A DNA stretch of 64,000 nt, taken from the NCBI RefSeq assembly GCF_022045235.1, contig NW_027266264.1, positions 24,738,001 through 24,802,000 of the forward strand, in the 5' to 3' direction. The notes under the pieces are model-generated. The model did not search any database. It was not told the DNA's origin and was given only the letters and a program-made list of their open reading frames with translations. The DNA is from Haliotis cracherodii. Lineage: Eukaryota. Every line of letters starts with the position of its first letter. Within the stretch, counting starts at the first letter, position 1. Shown here in pieces: positions 8,707 through 20,406 of the stretch. A program made the translations under genes and the position numbers.

Positions 8707-11336
8707 ATGGCGGCGGCTAGTGCCACTGCAGGCAACAACTACCAGTCATCGACTGGGTTGTTAATCGTAACCTATGTTGGTGACGTCACAAAGGCACAAG
8801 CAGATGGCATTGTTGTCAGCGAGGGGAAATCATTTCGGGGAATGGGATATGTTGCAACAACTCTTGTTAGTGTGGACTCAGAATTCTACAAAAATCGCAA
8901 CAAGCTGATTCAGAAAGAAAAAGCCCATTTCACACCATGGAGGGTGTACACAACTGGGAGTTGCATCAAGTTCGTATCGGTGTTTCATGCTATTGTCATA
9001 CCCCAGGGAGAGAAACAACCAATCCAGGAGTGGCAGGGGAATATGACCTCATTATACAAGAAAATACTCCAAAAAGCTGAGAAGGAGGGTATCTCTATCC
9101 TGGCGGTACCTTTACTAGGCTCTGGTAAGACAATAATCTGAGACGTATGGGGATGTGGTGATATGTTTCTATGTGTTTATCCTAAATGCCCGTCTCGACC
9201 CATGACCGACATGTCACATCTCAATATATATTAATTTGATCTCGTTCAACATTTCAATATCCCCAAATATGCTTGTCTTAAGTGGCATGTGTGTTTAAGG
9301 TACCATTAATCAATTTTCGATTTGACTGGGGGCGGTCGGGTAGCCTAGTGGTTAAAACATTCGCTCGTCACGCCGAAGACCCGTGTTCGATTCCCGACAT
9401 GGGTACAATGTGTGACGCCCATTTCTGGTGTCACCCACTGTGATATAGCTGGAATATTGCTAAAAGCGGCGTAAATCATACTCACTCACTCACTCGATTT
9501 CGACTGTAACATAAGCCTGGTTGAATATGAATCGCTGTCAAATTGCGATGGTGCCAGTTGCTCCTAAATGCTGAAGTGATCTGTCCCTTAAAACTAAAAC
9601 TCTCCACGCTACAGTCATGCGTCTGTATACATTTGCAGGAAAGGTGATTGCGCTTTCCATGTTAGGTTGCACATCATGTATTGTGCGGGGGCACGGGTGG
9701 CCCAGTCGTCAAAGCCACCGCAATTCGTTGTGCAGAGTTGCGTTTCTTGGATACCCCAGAACTATGATTGTTGTTTCGAATCCCGGCTCACCCCGCTTAT
9801 GTTTCTGGGTTTGTCTGCACCATTGCCATGCTCGTGGGTTTCTCAGAAGTGGTAAACGTCTGTGAACTGCATCACTACGGGCTTTCCTCCCACATTAAGC
9901 TGACTAGCCATGATATAACTGGAATACTGTTAAAAGCGGCGTTAAACCCAACACATAAATAATTAATAAATCAACAAGGTTTGTTTTCCTTTCTAAAAGC
10001 AATAACTATGACTTTTGGATGCGAATGTAACTGTACATGCATTTTATGGGCAACAGTATGCATATGTTAAGTAACCTGCGTATCCTATGCATACATGAGT
10101 GTAGCAACACTGAGAACTGGAGATTTTTGTGATGTTTATTTGTTGTTTAACGCCACACTCAGCACTATTCCAGCTATATGACGGTGGTCTGTAAATATTT
10201 GAGTCTGGACCAGACAATCTAGTGATTGACATCATGAGCGTCGATCCACGCAATTGGGATCGATGACATGCATTAACCAAGTCACCGAACCTGACCGGAT
10301 GGATCCCGTTAGTCTTACGACAAGCATAGTCGCCTTTACGGTTTTGTGATGTAGATACTTTTTGTAAACTAAACGTTTGTTTGACTAAAGCCAAAGCCTC
10401 TGAATTGTCTAATCGTTTTTCCCAGGTAAATGCAAGGTAAAACCAGCAGACGCTGTTGAGGTGGCAGTCCGTGCTATGTTCTCTTATAAGAGAAAGTCTC
10501 TCGTCAAGGTACTGCTCGTGTCAGACAGGGAGGACATTGTGGACCAGCTGGCTACTATGTGTGCTTACAACAGCAGTGTGACAGGTGGAAAACCCCTTTA
10601 TCAAAGACCTCCACCAAACATTAAAACGGAACGCCCGCTTCCACAACCCCCGTCTTCAAACGCGAAAGAAAAATCTAAACTTGGTGGAGGGAGCGATAAC
10701 AGTTGTTCAAGCCTGAAGAGAAAGAATGGAGACAGATCAGAGAGAACACATGAGAATGTGGTGAAACAAATGAGACTTGCTCCTCAAAGACGTAATTATG
10801 AAGAGGAAGATGGGGATGAAATTAATGATGATGATGATGAGGAGGAGGACACATCAGAACAAGAAAATACTGGGAGACATGTTGCTGGTAGAATAGGAAA
10901 CCAGGTACAACCTAGAAGAGAACTTGCAACAACCTCAACTGAGAGTGCGACAGGTGCGATATTTTACACATTTATCAAACGTTTCTTTTAATTAGAAAGA
11001 TAACGTGTCATTAAATGTTCATACATAATATGTTAATACACATTTGTTTCAGTTTCTGCGCACATACCTCGACCATCATCCCCAGAGGATGAAATGAAGG
11101 AACAACTCTCCTGCCCGGTGTGTTTAGATCTGTTCACTGACCCGGTCATACTGCAGCCCTGTTGCCACTCTTTGTGCAGTAAGTGTGCGGAAACCATCCG
11201 ATCCCAACAAAGCTCCTTCAAATGTCCTATATGTCAGGCTGTTGTCCAGAATGGCCCACTTCAGAGGAATTTTCACTTGGAAGGCACGGTGAGTATCTAC
11301 AGACGACAGCGGAAGATAAGCAACAGTATGAACTAG
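8707..11336 (+). CDS. Gene A: macrodomain - short acidic linker - TRIM-like RING-HC (C3HC4) putative E3 ligase, 409 aa, 3 coding exons (8707-9124, 10426-10953, 11053-11336)
   Basis: Exon 1 has macro motifs YVGDVTKAQADGIVV...FHAIV...SILAVPLLGSG and ends at a phase-1 donor TCTG|GTAAGA. Acceptor TTTTTCCCAG|GT at 10426 restores G-K-C-K-V-K-P-A-D-A-V-E-V-A-V-R-A-M...VKVLLVS (macro C-terminal helix/strand). Phase-1 donor ACAG|GTGCGA at 10953 joins acceptor TTTGTTTCAG|TT at 11053 in frame with CPVC-x12-CCHSLCSKC-x12-CPIC, stop TAG at 11336. All phases are consistent. Confidence 0.85.
9329..9493 (+). mobile_element. tRNA-derived SINE, family 1, (CACT)n tail, in gene A intron 1
   Basis: Box A TAGCCTAGTGG, box B GTTCGATTCC, tail GCTGGAATATTGCTAAAAGCGGCGTAAA(CACT)n; TSD TCGATTT(C)GACTG; empty site in gene B at 21074-21086. 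Confidence 0.9.
9687..9953 (+). mobile_element. tRNA(Leu/Ser-like)-derived SINE, family 2; orthologous copies at 21252-21528 and 37942-38214
   Basis: Head GGGGGCACGGGTGGCCCAGTCGTC..AAG...TTCGAATCCCGG, central GTGGGTTT...GGGCTTTCCTCCCAC, tail CTGGAATACTGTTAAAAGCGGCGTTAAACCCAAC. Confidence 0.8.
10133..10342 (-). mobile_element. SINE family 3, antisense in intron 1; orthologous copies at about 21680-21900 and 38395-38603; other - copies at about 40972-41210, 46188-46352 and 52702-52810
   Basis: TTTGTTGTTTAACGCCACACTCAGCACTATTCCAGC...GGACCAGACAATC...CAAGCATAGTCGCCTTT is the reverse complement of family 3. Confidence 0.85.
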
Positions 11337-13234
11337 TGTTGGCAAATGTTGGTGTGACTGGAAAGGTTATAAGATAAGACTTAATAGGAATAGGCTTGGA
11401 TTGGAATGAATTTCAGTCGACACATACAAATATTACAATGGTGTGTCATATACTTGATATACGAATACAATAATACTTGTTCATTATTTTACATTGAGTA
11501 AAGACGCCTGTCTACATGTTATACATATATTTGTGTGTTTGTATTTGTGAATCATGTAAACTGCCGGGTAAAAGAAAGTTTATAAAAATGAATTTGACCA
11601 AAGAATTACAACGTTATCAAAACGTTACTAGGCTGAAAGCAGTGTCCGAAACACTGCAAACTTAAGGTCGAAAACACAAATATGATACCCATATAAAAAA
11701 AACCCATCACCATCGAATAAGCAATTCTTGCTTGTTTTATTTTTAGCCACCATCAAACATGGGTGTATACTTTCTTTTGTCTGCTAGTATATATTGGTTG
11801 GTTACATTAGCTTGTGTACTTCAATAACGCAATAGTAATGCAAAGCAACACTGCAGAATACAGATTACAGTGCACACTTTGAATAATGTGAATGCAGTGT
11901 TGCTTTTGATTAATCATATTTACATGACTTTATTTAAGACACTGTATACCAGTATATGGTTACTTTTATCATATAATGGGCAGGTTTCTCGCCAGGAAAT
12001 GTCAACGAATAAAAAAGATATCCAGATAGAGATGCAAATATCAAAGGTCAAGCAGGGACTACTTTCTGTGTTTAGTAACAAAAATGGCGATCGATTCAGA
12101 ATTAACCATCGGGAATCTGGAGAAACTACTGGGATAGTTGCTATCATTATCAAAAGAATAGTTTAATATACTGAAACTAAGTATAATTTTGACGTACCTA
12201 AGTTTTGGCAACTTTGGAGATATACATTGCAAAACAATTTAGCGAGGACACTACATATATTGTCAAGCTAAGGCTCGCTAAATACAATGTTTATTCCTAA
12301 TACAAGATATTTACACTCCCCAAACACACTCGCGTGATAACCTCTATGTACCAAATTACCGTCAGTATAGTGACTTTTTCTATTCACTTTTCTGATTCTT
12401 GCTGCACATCATGTATACACATCATGCAACAACCAGGCATTGTTGGGAATATAGTGATCAGCATGTCCCTCTGTCCATCTAACTTTTAAGTTGTGTTAGA
12501 TAGCCTATGATGTAATAAGCATGTTTTTAATTAAATTTAAAAAAACACAAATTAGAGATGCTATTTATTATTTAACTTATATTCAACATTGTAAGTTGAA
12601 CTTTATATCTGGTCATAAAGTACACACATGACTCACAGCACTTTACACACGCTGTACATGAATTGATGAATTCTCATTTCAAAGTTCTCAAGCGAGCAGA
12701 ATGTATTTTTTTCATCACTTTTTAGTACATTAAGAAAATGTTTGACGCGAGCTTCATTTAGTCTCAGTAAGTTATACATGTAGAACTTTCTCCAATGTAC
12801 ATCTGTATATCATTTGATTATTAAGGGTAGTGACCAGTTTTTCTGTCATCTGGGAGATCTCACATATCATTGAGTGTTTAAACCATTGGTGTAACATGTG
12901 GCTTTTACTGCATTGATTGTATATATTGTACATAAAGCGTCGAACCCCTTTCCATGGTCATAAGAAATCTCTGTTGTGAACAGAGTCAATTGTGCGATCC
13001 CGAGCGTTTCATGGGCATGTGTTTGTCATAGTTCTAAAATCACTATAATTAATCCATACTTATAGTGGTCATATTTCAATAATGCGTTTTGTATTTTTCT
13101 CAATATTTTATCTTACAACTAAGCCAAACCTATATGTATTTCTGTAGATAATGTCAGTCAGTTGCCGTCCATGACTCTGGATACCTAACTCAGTCAGCTG
13201 GCACAGCTAGGGTTGTGCCCCAGGCTGTAACACG

Positions 13235-13754
13235 CATCTTCCGGAGGCAAGAGAGTTAACTGACTATAAAAGTCACGTTTCCATTCTTGCCGAACTGGGC
13301 TGGTATTATGGAGTTAGAATTTGGCTGGACTAACGAATCTGTGCATAGTCCAATCCAAATCCGGTTCGTAAAGTGTCATGCATATTTCGGTCGATTGCAG
13401 GACTTGCAAAGCGTGTGCACCGCCGACTCGTTGTCAACAGATATTTAACTAATCTTTTTCATGTTAACAATCATGGTGCTCACGTAATTTGATGCACTTC
13501 GCGATGTAAGACCCGTTTGATCACAATATAGATCTTGATTATCGACCAGAACGTCTTGCCTTGGCGCCGCCATTTTCTTTGAAGCCAATGCAAGTGAAAC
13601 GAGAGGTGGAATCTGATTAGCCCATAGGGTAGGCCTAGAAGGGACGTAACTCCCACTGGTGGCTCTACGATCGACCGCAGGAATTCCAGCCTAGTTCGGC
13701 AAGGGTGGAAACTGGACTTTTGAAGTCAGTTAACTCTCTTGCCTCGGGAAGATG
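13235..13754. mobile_element. MITE (duplicate of 1209-1728)
   Basis: Same TIRs and TSD at offset 12026. Confidence 0.9.
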
Positions 13755-16700
13755 GTAACATGCTGTACATGGCCAGACGCACCATCAGTTTAATATCAGA
13801 TAGGTAGGAATATAAAGGATATTACGGTTTGAGTGCACTCCGTAACTATGGAAGAACTGCAATTTATACACCAGACATATGGCACATTTAGATCATAGCT
13901 TCAATATTAGGTGACTTACGCATTCTACAGAAGGCCTGAGTCCCTATATTTTATACGGACAATAACTTATATTTCATTTATTCTACCATAAAACAACTTG
14001 ATTGTTAATTGTATGTGTGTATTTTTCGATATTAGTAGATTAGTTCACTTGTACATTAACTGTTGATACGCCAAGTGATAGAGACAACCGTACATAACAT
14101 AGCATGAGAAAGAGTACATTGTGGTAAATACCCGCGGGTAATCTCACGTAAATACCGTCTCATGCAAATATTGTCTATCATTTGGTTAAGCATTTATTGC
14201 ATTGAAATTATACAGTGCCGTATAGAATGCCGTAAATGTAAATGTTAACAGTTCCTGTATGAAATGCCTTAGTCAGAATAACATAAAATACTTCCCAGTC
14301 CTTTACTATACACAAATTGCTTTTTGTTCCGTATTTATTAGAACAATCTTGTTCAGAAGCGTTCCAAACAGTCGTTATCAATTCATGTATGGTTGTCAAT
14401 TTTAAATTTAATGTTATAATTCATTGACTGCATCTTTCTTGTAATGTATTATTGTTTGAATGTATTGCTCTATATGAAATTTCACTCTGCCATGAATAAA
14501 GACTTCAAGGGACTCAGCGGCCTTCTCTCTGTTTCAAGGTGATAGCCGAGTAATCAGCTCTACCAAGCTACTCTCCACTATCTTGGCCATTGTGATCTTA
14601 GCAACGATCCAACCAAACTACGTCATGTTTATGAATCACTATAAATAATAGTGACACCAGCTGTTAGCATTCAGGTACAAACATGTAATGATGACATGCA
14701 GTGTGTATATGTCGCCAAAATACATTTTGTAAACTAAATCATGCACATGGCATATATGCCCATACTTGTCCTTGACACAAATATTTAGTAATATGAAAAC
14801 ACAAAGTATTTTAAGCAAGATAATGAACATAAATAAGTTTTGTTTTTGAAATCTTCATCTTCATAATATGTAACATATTCAACCATTTCAAGTTCCTTTT
14901 GTAAATACGAATTTGCATATATACAGGGATATGTGTCAATTACCCTTCACGCCAGCCGTCATATACTGGAATATTGCTGAGTGCGGCGTAAAACAACATA
15001 CCAACCAACCCTTCACGCCAAACGCATTACCATATACGGGTCTTGTAAACAACAAAAAAGACGAATGCTCATTTCACAAATATGTACACAACACCTGTTC
15101 GAGCTGTAAAGAAATGTTAGGGGAGACGTACGAGGAATTTATTAAATATGACATATTACTTACCTTGTTGACGTGATGGCTGATGCTTTACCATACAATG
15201 ACGTTTACACGGAGATTTCGCAACTCTTAACGCACTGCCACTAACTTTTTGAATGATAACTGGATGGAGGGTGCCGCCGGTTGAGCGGGGCATGCTGGTT
15301 CTTTTAAGAACACGTGGTGTCATCACTGATTTACAGTGATCATCTAAGATTTTTCATCACCATCGTGCTTTTCTACGCCCTTTAGAATCTGTTGCAGCAG
15401 ATATTCGAGGCTGAATATTCTCTGGCGTTCTTTTAAAAGTTAATGATTATGTTTCTTAATTTAAAGATATCAATATAATGCATATGAAAGTTACTGTAGG
15501 TGCATTTGCTATATAGGTGTAGAATCGAATAAATGTGGGCGTTTCTCGAATGATGGACACTTATAAGACTGAATCTCGTCGTGTTCACAGTCGGTAGGTT
15601 ACCGTTCTTCATGTCCGCCATGTGTATCCCATGTCTGCTGGTCTTTTGTACGCGTGACGGTTGTTTGTTTGCCACAATCTTGATTGGGATGCTTTTCTTC
15701 TTCACTGAGGTCACTCTGAAGGGGCCTGGGTTCGGTTCCACACATGGGTACAACGTGTGAAGCCCATTTAAGGTGTCTGAATATTGCTGTCCAGATATTG
15801 CTGGATTATTGCTGAAAGCGGCGTAAAACCATACACATTCACTCTTCACTGAGGACGTCAAACCAAATTCAGGCATATCCAAATCCGAAGGAAAGAGGTA
15901 TCCATGCGCAACATGGCCTTCGACCAGCACTCTTGACAAGTGCCATATATGCCCGTGAATATTATTCTAATGCCTAGCTCAAAACGCAAGATTGTCTGGA
16001 AATATTGAAAACAAAAAGAGAAAATTGTGACTGACCTTTGTGTGAATGACATGTAGGTCTAACTAAGATACTTCAAAGAAGACGCAGTTACCTGAAAGAA
16101 AGAATAAAAAACAGGTAATTTTCACACGTTTTTTAATTGTTGAAAGTTCATTGGGAATGACAAACATTGGGGTGGGCCTGGTAATGTTTAGGGTGAAAAT
16201 GATATTTCATTATCATGACAAAAATGTTTAAAATCTCAAGTCTATAATTACACTAATTACAATTAGATTCCATTGCAGACGATAGCTGGGAACATTACTG
16301 ACTGACAAAGTACTTCTAATGAGAACTCCATTAATTTTGAATACATTATGAAAGCACACAACTGTAATAAGGGTATTTTACACCGGGTCTTTTGGGATTT
16401 TTCTGAAAATTTGTTCTGTTATTTCGCAGCACGCACGTGGAGAATGGGAAATCATTAGAATCTTTCTATCAAACTTAAGATCGTTGAAATACTAGTATAC
16501 ACTGTTATATCGTGAAGACGAATTTCTAGCTCTGCATCCGCAGACACAATGCGCTATCTCTAGTTCATAGTTGATACAGTGAGTATTGTTGCATCAACGT
16601 GCCCTTGCTAGAAGGTTTATAGCAGATTGTGATGAACATTTTCACATGCTCCAGCTACGCACGAAGGGAGATACGTTGCTGGGTCAAGCAAATGAAGGAA

Positions 16701-17862
16701 GGACTTTCTTTACATTCACAGAAACTATTTGAAAAAGATAATCATTGATTTTTGATCACGTGGTTACAATACGGGTAATACCTGACAGTCAGGTGACTGC
16801 GAGCGGTTATATTTAGAAGTGACCTCCGTCAATAGCGCTCATCTTCCCGAGGCAAGGGAGTTAATTGACTATAAAAGTCCAGTTTCAACCCTTGCCGAAC
16901 TAGGCTGGTATTATGGAGTTACATTTTGGCTTGACTAACGAGTCTATGCTTAGTCCAATCAAAATCGCACCACGAAATCGAAATCCTGTTTTTGAACTGT
17001 CGGGCAGATTTCGGTCGATTGCAGGATTTGCAAAACATGTGCAACGCCAACTCGTTGTCAACGGATATTTTCTCAATCTTTTCATGTTTTTAATCACGGT
17101 GCTCACATAATTTAATGCACTTCACGATGTAAGACCCGTTTTATAACAACATAAATCTTGATTATCGATCAGATCGTCTAGACTGGGCGCCTCCATTTTG
17201 TTAGAAGCAAATGCAAGTGAAACGAGAGGTGAAATCTGATTGGTCCATAGGAGAGCCTTAGAAGGGACATAACTCTTAATAGCCACTGGTGGCGCTACGA
17301 TCGAGCCCAGGAGTTCCAGCCTAGTTCGGCAAGGGTGGAAACTGGACTTTTAAAGTAGAGATGATTATGGAAATGGTTTTGTTTATCAGTAAGTGGCCGA
17401 GAGAAGGATACAGTTAATAATCAAGTTCATTCTTATTCTAACTGACAACCAGGATATTAAACTATGATTAGCAAGGGGAACAATGGAGTAGGGTGGTAGG
17501 TGTTCATTATGACATCGAATTTCAAACGCAAGGAATAAGACCGAGACTTTCTGGTCTGTGGACACTGATGGGGACTAAATCTTGGCGTGTTCACATTGGA
17601 TAGCTTATTTTGAATCATTTATGTTCACCATGTGTGCACGTTTGTACGCGTGGCGGTTCTTTGTTTGTTGTTGAACAGTTGTGTTCTAGATATTTGACAG
17701 TGGCCTGTAAACATCGAGTCTGGATCAGACAAATCAGCAGTTGATGTCATGAGCGACATCCAGCACGGTGTAGGGAATGATGACATGCAATAAACCAAGT
17801 CGCCGAGCGTGACAACTCGAACCATTCCTTTTACAAGCATCGGTTATTCCATCGGATCTTAT

Positions 17863-17917
<55 letters not shown>

Positions 17918-18717
17918 AACCAGCATCTTCCCGAGGCACTGATATCGTCAGTTTACTCTCTCGCCTCGGAAAGATGCAGAACCAGTTGACATGGTTTCTG
18001 TTGTTGATCTAGACCCAATAGCAGAAGTAGTTGATGGAGTAAGTTGTTACGCTGATTTTAGCGACATTCAAGCCATGTGACAGTTGGGGATCATGAGTTA
18101 CATGTGGAGGATGTTGCGAGCTGAGGGGGCTTGTCCACCACCAGACAGAAGGTAACTTAACATGTGAACAAGCTAAATTATTTTTATTATCATAGTAAAT
18201 GTAGGCATCAGTAGCAAGAAGTAGGATGTATTGAAGTTATACTTCTCGTTGAGGTATGTAATCAGAGCGCACTTTGACCACAAGAGTGAATTTGACATCA
18301 ATTCTGTAATACTGTGCCACGAAGAGTTACCTCCCTTACAACAGTGGAGACTGCTTGCTGGCTGCACTTGAGCTGTAGGAGTTGTGTTCTTTAACAAATC
18401 ACCTCACAGTGCGTCAGAAACAAGAAGCACAATGTAAAGTTTCACAACAGAAGCCAAAAAAGGCTTCATTTTGGTCACAAAAGATATATGACCAGTTGTG
18501 TTTGCATATTTACTTATATGCATACATTTAAGAAGTGTGAGTAAGATGGGTTTTACACTGATAAACAGGATTTCAGTTGCATCGCAGCGCATCATATGAA
18601 TGTGAGACTGCCACTCAGTGTACTGACACGTACAAGGTCCTGTTATATTGACACAGGTCACAGGTCAAAGGTGGTGATGACACGTGACTGTTTTCATCCG
18701 GGGTCGTGGGTCTTTCT

Positions 18718-18734
18718 ACTTTCGCTTTCGCTTT
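18718..18734 (-). promoter_or_regulatory. Tandem IRF-element/ISRE-like site upstream of gene B
   Basis: ACTTTCGCTTTCGCTTT, identical to unit 1. Confidence 0.55.
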
Positions 18735-19025
18735 ACTGTTGTCGTCATGTAACCTCGTAGCGGAGGAGAAGACATACGTCTCGAGCTGACCACATACACC
18801 AAATCAGATAGTGTAGAGGTCAGTATTTCGGACAATGTAAGGTAACACGGTTGTGGAATAGAAATAACAATTGCTGAAATACGTATTGGCTAAAGAAAGT
18901 CGCGGTTGTGTGACTGGCATCGATCCAAGGCACCCCAGATACTAACAGCACTGCGCATACTCTGTGTCATAAAACACTAGGTCATTCTGAAGTGCCACCA
19001 CCTGCACCCAGACACTAACAGCACT

Positions 19026-19040
19026 GCACACACACACACA

Positions 19041-19080
<40 letters not shown>

Positions 19081-19081
19081 C

Positions 19082-19112
<31 letters not shown>
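19026..19112. repeat. (CA)n(CGCA)n(CA)n microsatellite
   Basis: Direct. Confidence 0.95.
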
Positions 19113-19113
<1 letters not shown>

Positions 19114-19837
19114 TGTGTCATATCATTGAAACCACCAACTCGTACATCTCACAGAGATCACTGTACACTATGTCACTGACTTCCGCCATACATTGTACGT
19201 CACTGACTCCCTCAATACAATGTATGTTACTATCTTGCTCGTAACGACTCGGCGTACATGGGCTCACACACAGGGTAACATCACATCATATATCCCTCAA
19301 TATGCCTTAACTAATGATGTATCGCGCCTGGAAGGGAACTGCCTTATACCCCAACAAGCTGCACTTAGATTTCTGAGCAGGGTAATATATCCCTTATACC
19401 CTGCGTCGAAGCATCAAACCGCACGTTGTCAACCTCGGATCAATCGAGCGTGTTTTTTTGAGCGTGTCAATTTGTTATAATTCTTTTACAGTGACATATA
19501 ATCCATATTCCATAACATATAATCCACAATGACAGATTAAAACATTTCAGAAAGATAAATTCGTTGTAGCTGTATCACTCGGGGTATTTGTGGTTTATGC
19601 GTCCCTCGTTAGGTTTTATGCCGCGAGCCGGAGGCGTCGAGTTTCATATATTGTAATGATCACCTTGCAATTGAGATGGCTCACGTGTATCTCCAACAGG
19701 CAACACATTCCGCGTGTATCACGCATTGGTGACTGATATAAATGTAACGCTATTTTTCAGGGCATTATCATTTGCAGAAGCCGGAGGCCTTACATTAACT
19801 GCCCGACGAAGGAGGGCAGTTGAAAAGACCGAGGACA

Positions 19838-20215
19838 ACATATCCGTCCATATTCCATAACATATAATCAATATATCCGTCCATATTCCATAACATATTA
19901 CCAACATATCCGTCCATATTCCATAACATATAATCAATATATCCGTCCATATTCCATAACATATAAATAACATATCCGTCCATATTCCATAACATATAAC
20001 CAACATATCCGTCCATATTCCATAACATATAATCAATATATCTGTCCATATTCCATAACATATAATCAACATATCCGTCTATAATCCTTAACATTTAATC
20101 CACATATCCGTCCATACTCCATAACATATATTCCTAATATCCATCCATATTCCATAACAAATGATCAACATATCCGTCCATATTCCATAACATATTATGA
20201 ACATATCACCCATAT
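19838..20215. repeat. 33-bp minisatellite, about 11 units, upstream of gene B
   Basis: Same unit as 8210-8515. Confidence 0.95.
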
Positions 20216-20406
20216 TTGACGTTCCATACTTCCACTCATGTTCCATTTCCATGAATGTTTTATGGCCATTTTCAATGACAAATTGCATCATTTCCTTGTG
20301 TCTCAATGTAAACGGAAATTAAAATAGCTTCAAAGGTGTCTGTGTATTTAGTTAATTCAGTTCGGGATTGTAAGTATAATATCAGTATTTTCCATCCACA
20401 GACAAC

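Larger units (their letters stand above)
1..12026 (+). repeat. Tandem segmental duplication unit 1 (contains gene A)
   Basis: Position 1 (TAGAGATGCAAATATCAAAGG) recurs at 12027 and 27403; ORF offsets are 12026 and 27402 (2182/14208/29584). Confidence 0.95.

Noticed and set aside
9329-9400. tRNA-like sequences (also 37597, 47745-47817, 53728, 63110-63180)
   Set aside because: Each continues into a SINE body and tail with TSDs; they are SINE heads, not tRNA genes.
11870-12166. 98-aa + strand ORF downstream of the RING exon (also 27255-27542) as an extra exon
   Set aside because: No recognisable domain, AT-rich and UTR-like; the RING exon already has an in-frame stop after the post-RING helix. 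It cannot be fully excluded given the internal GTGAGT.
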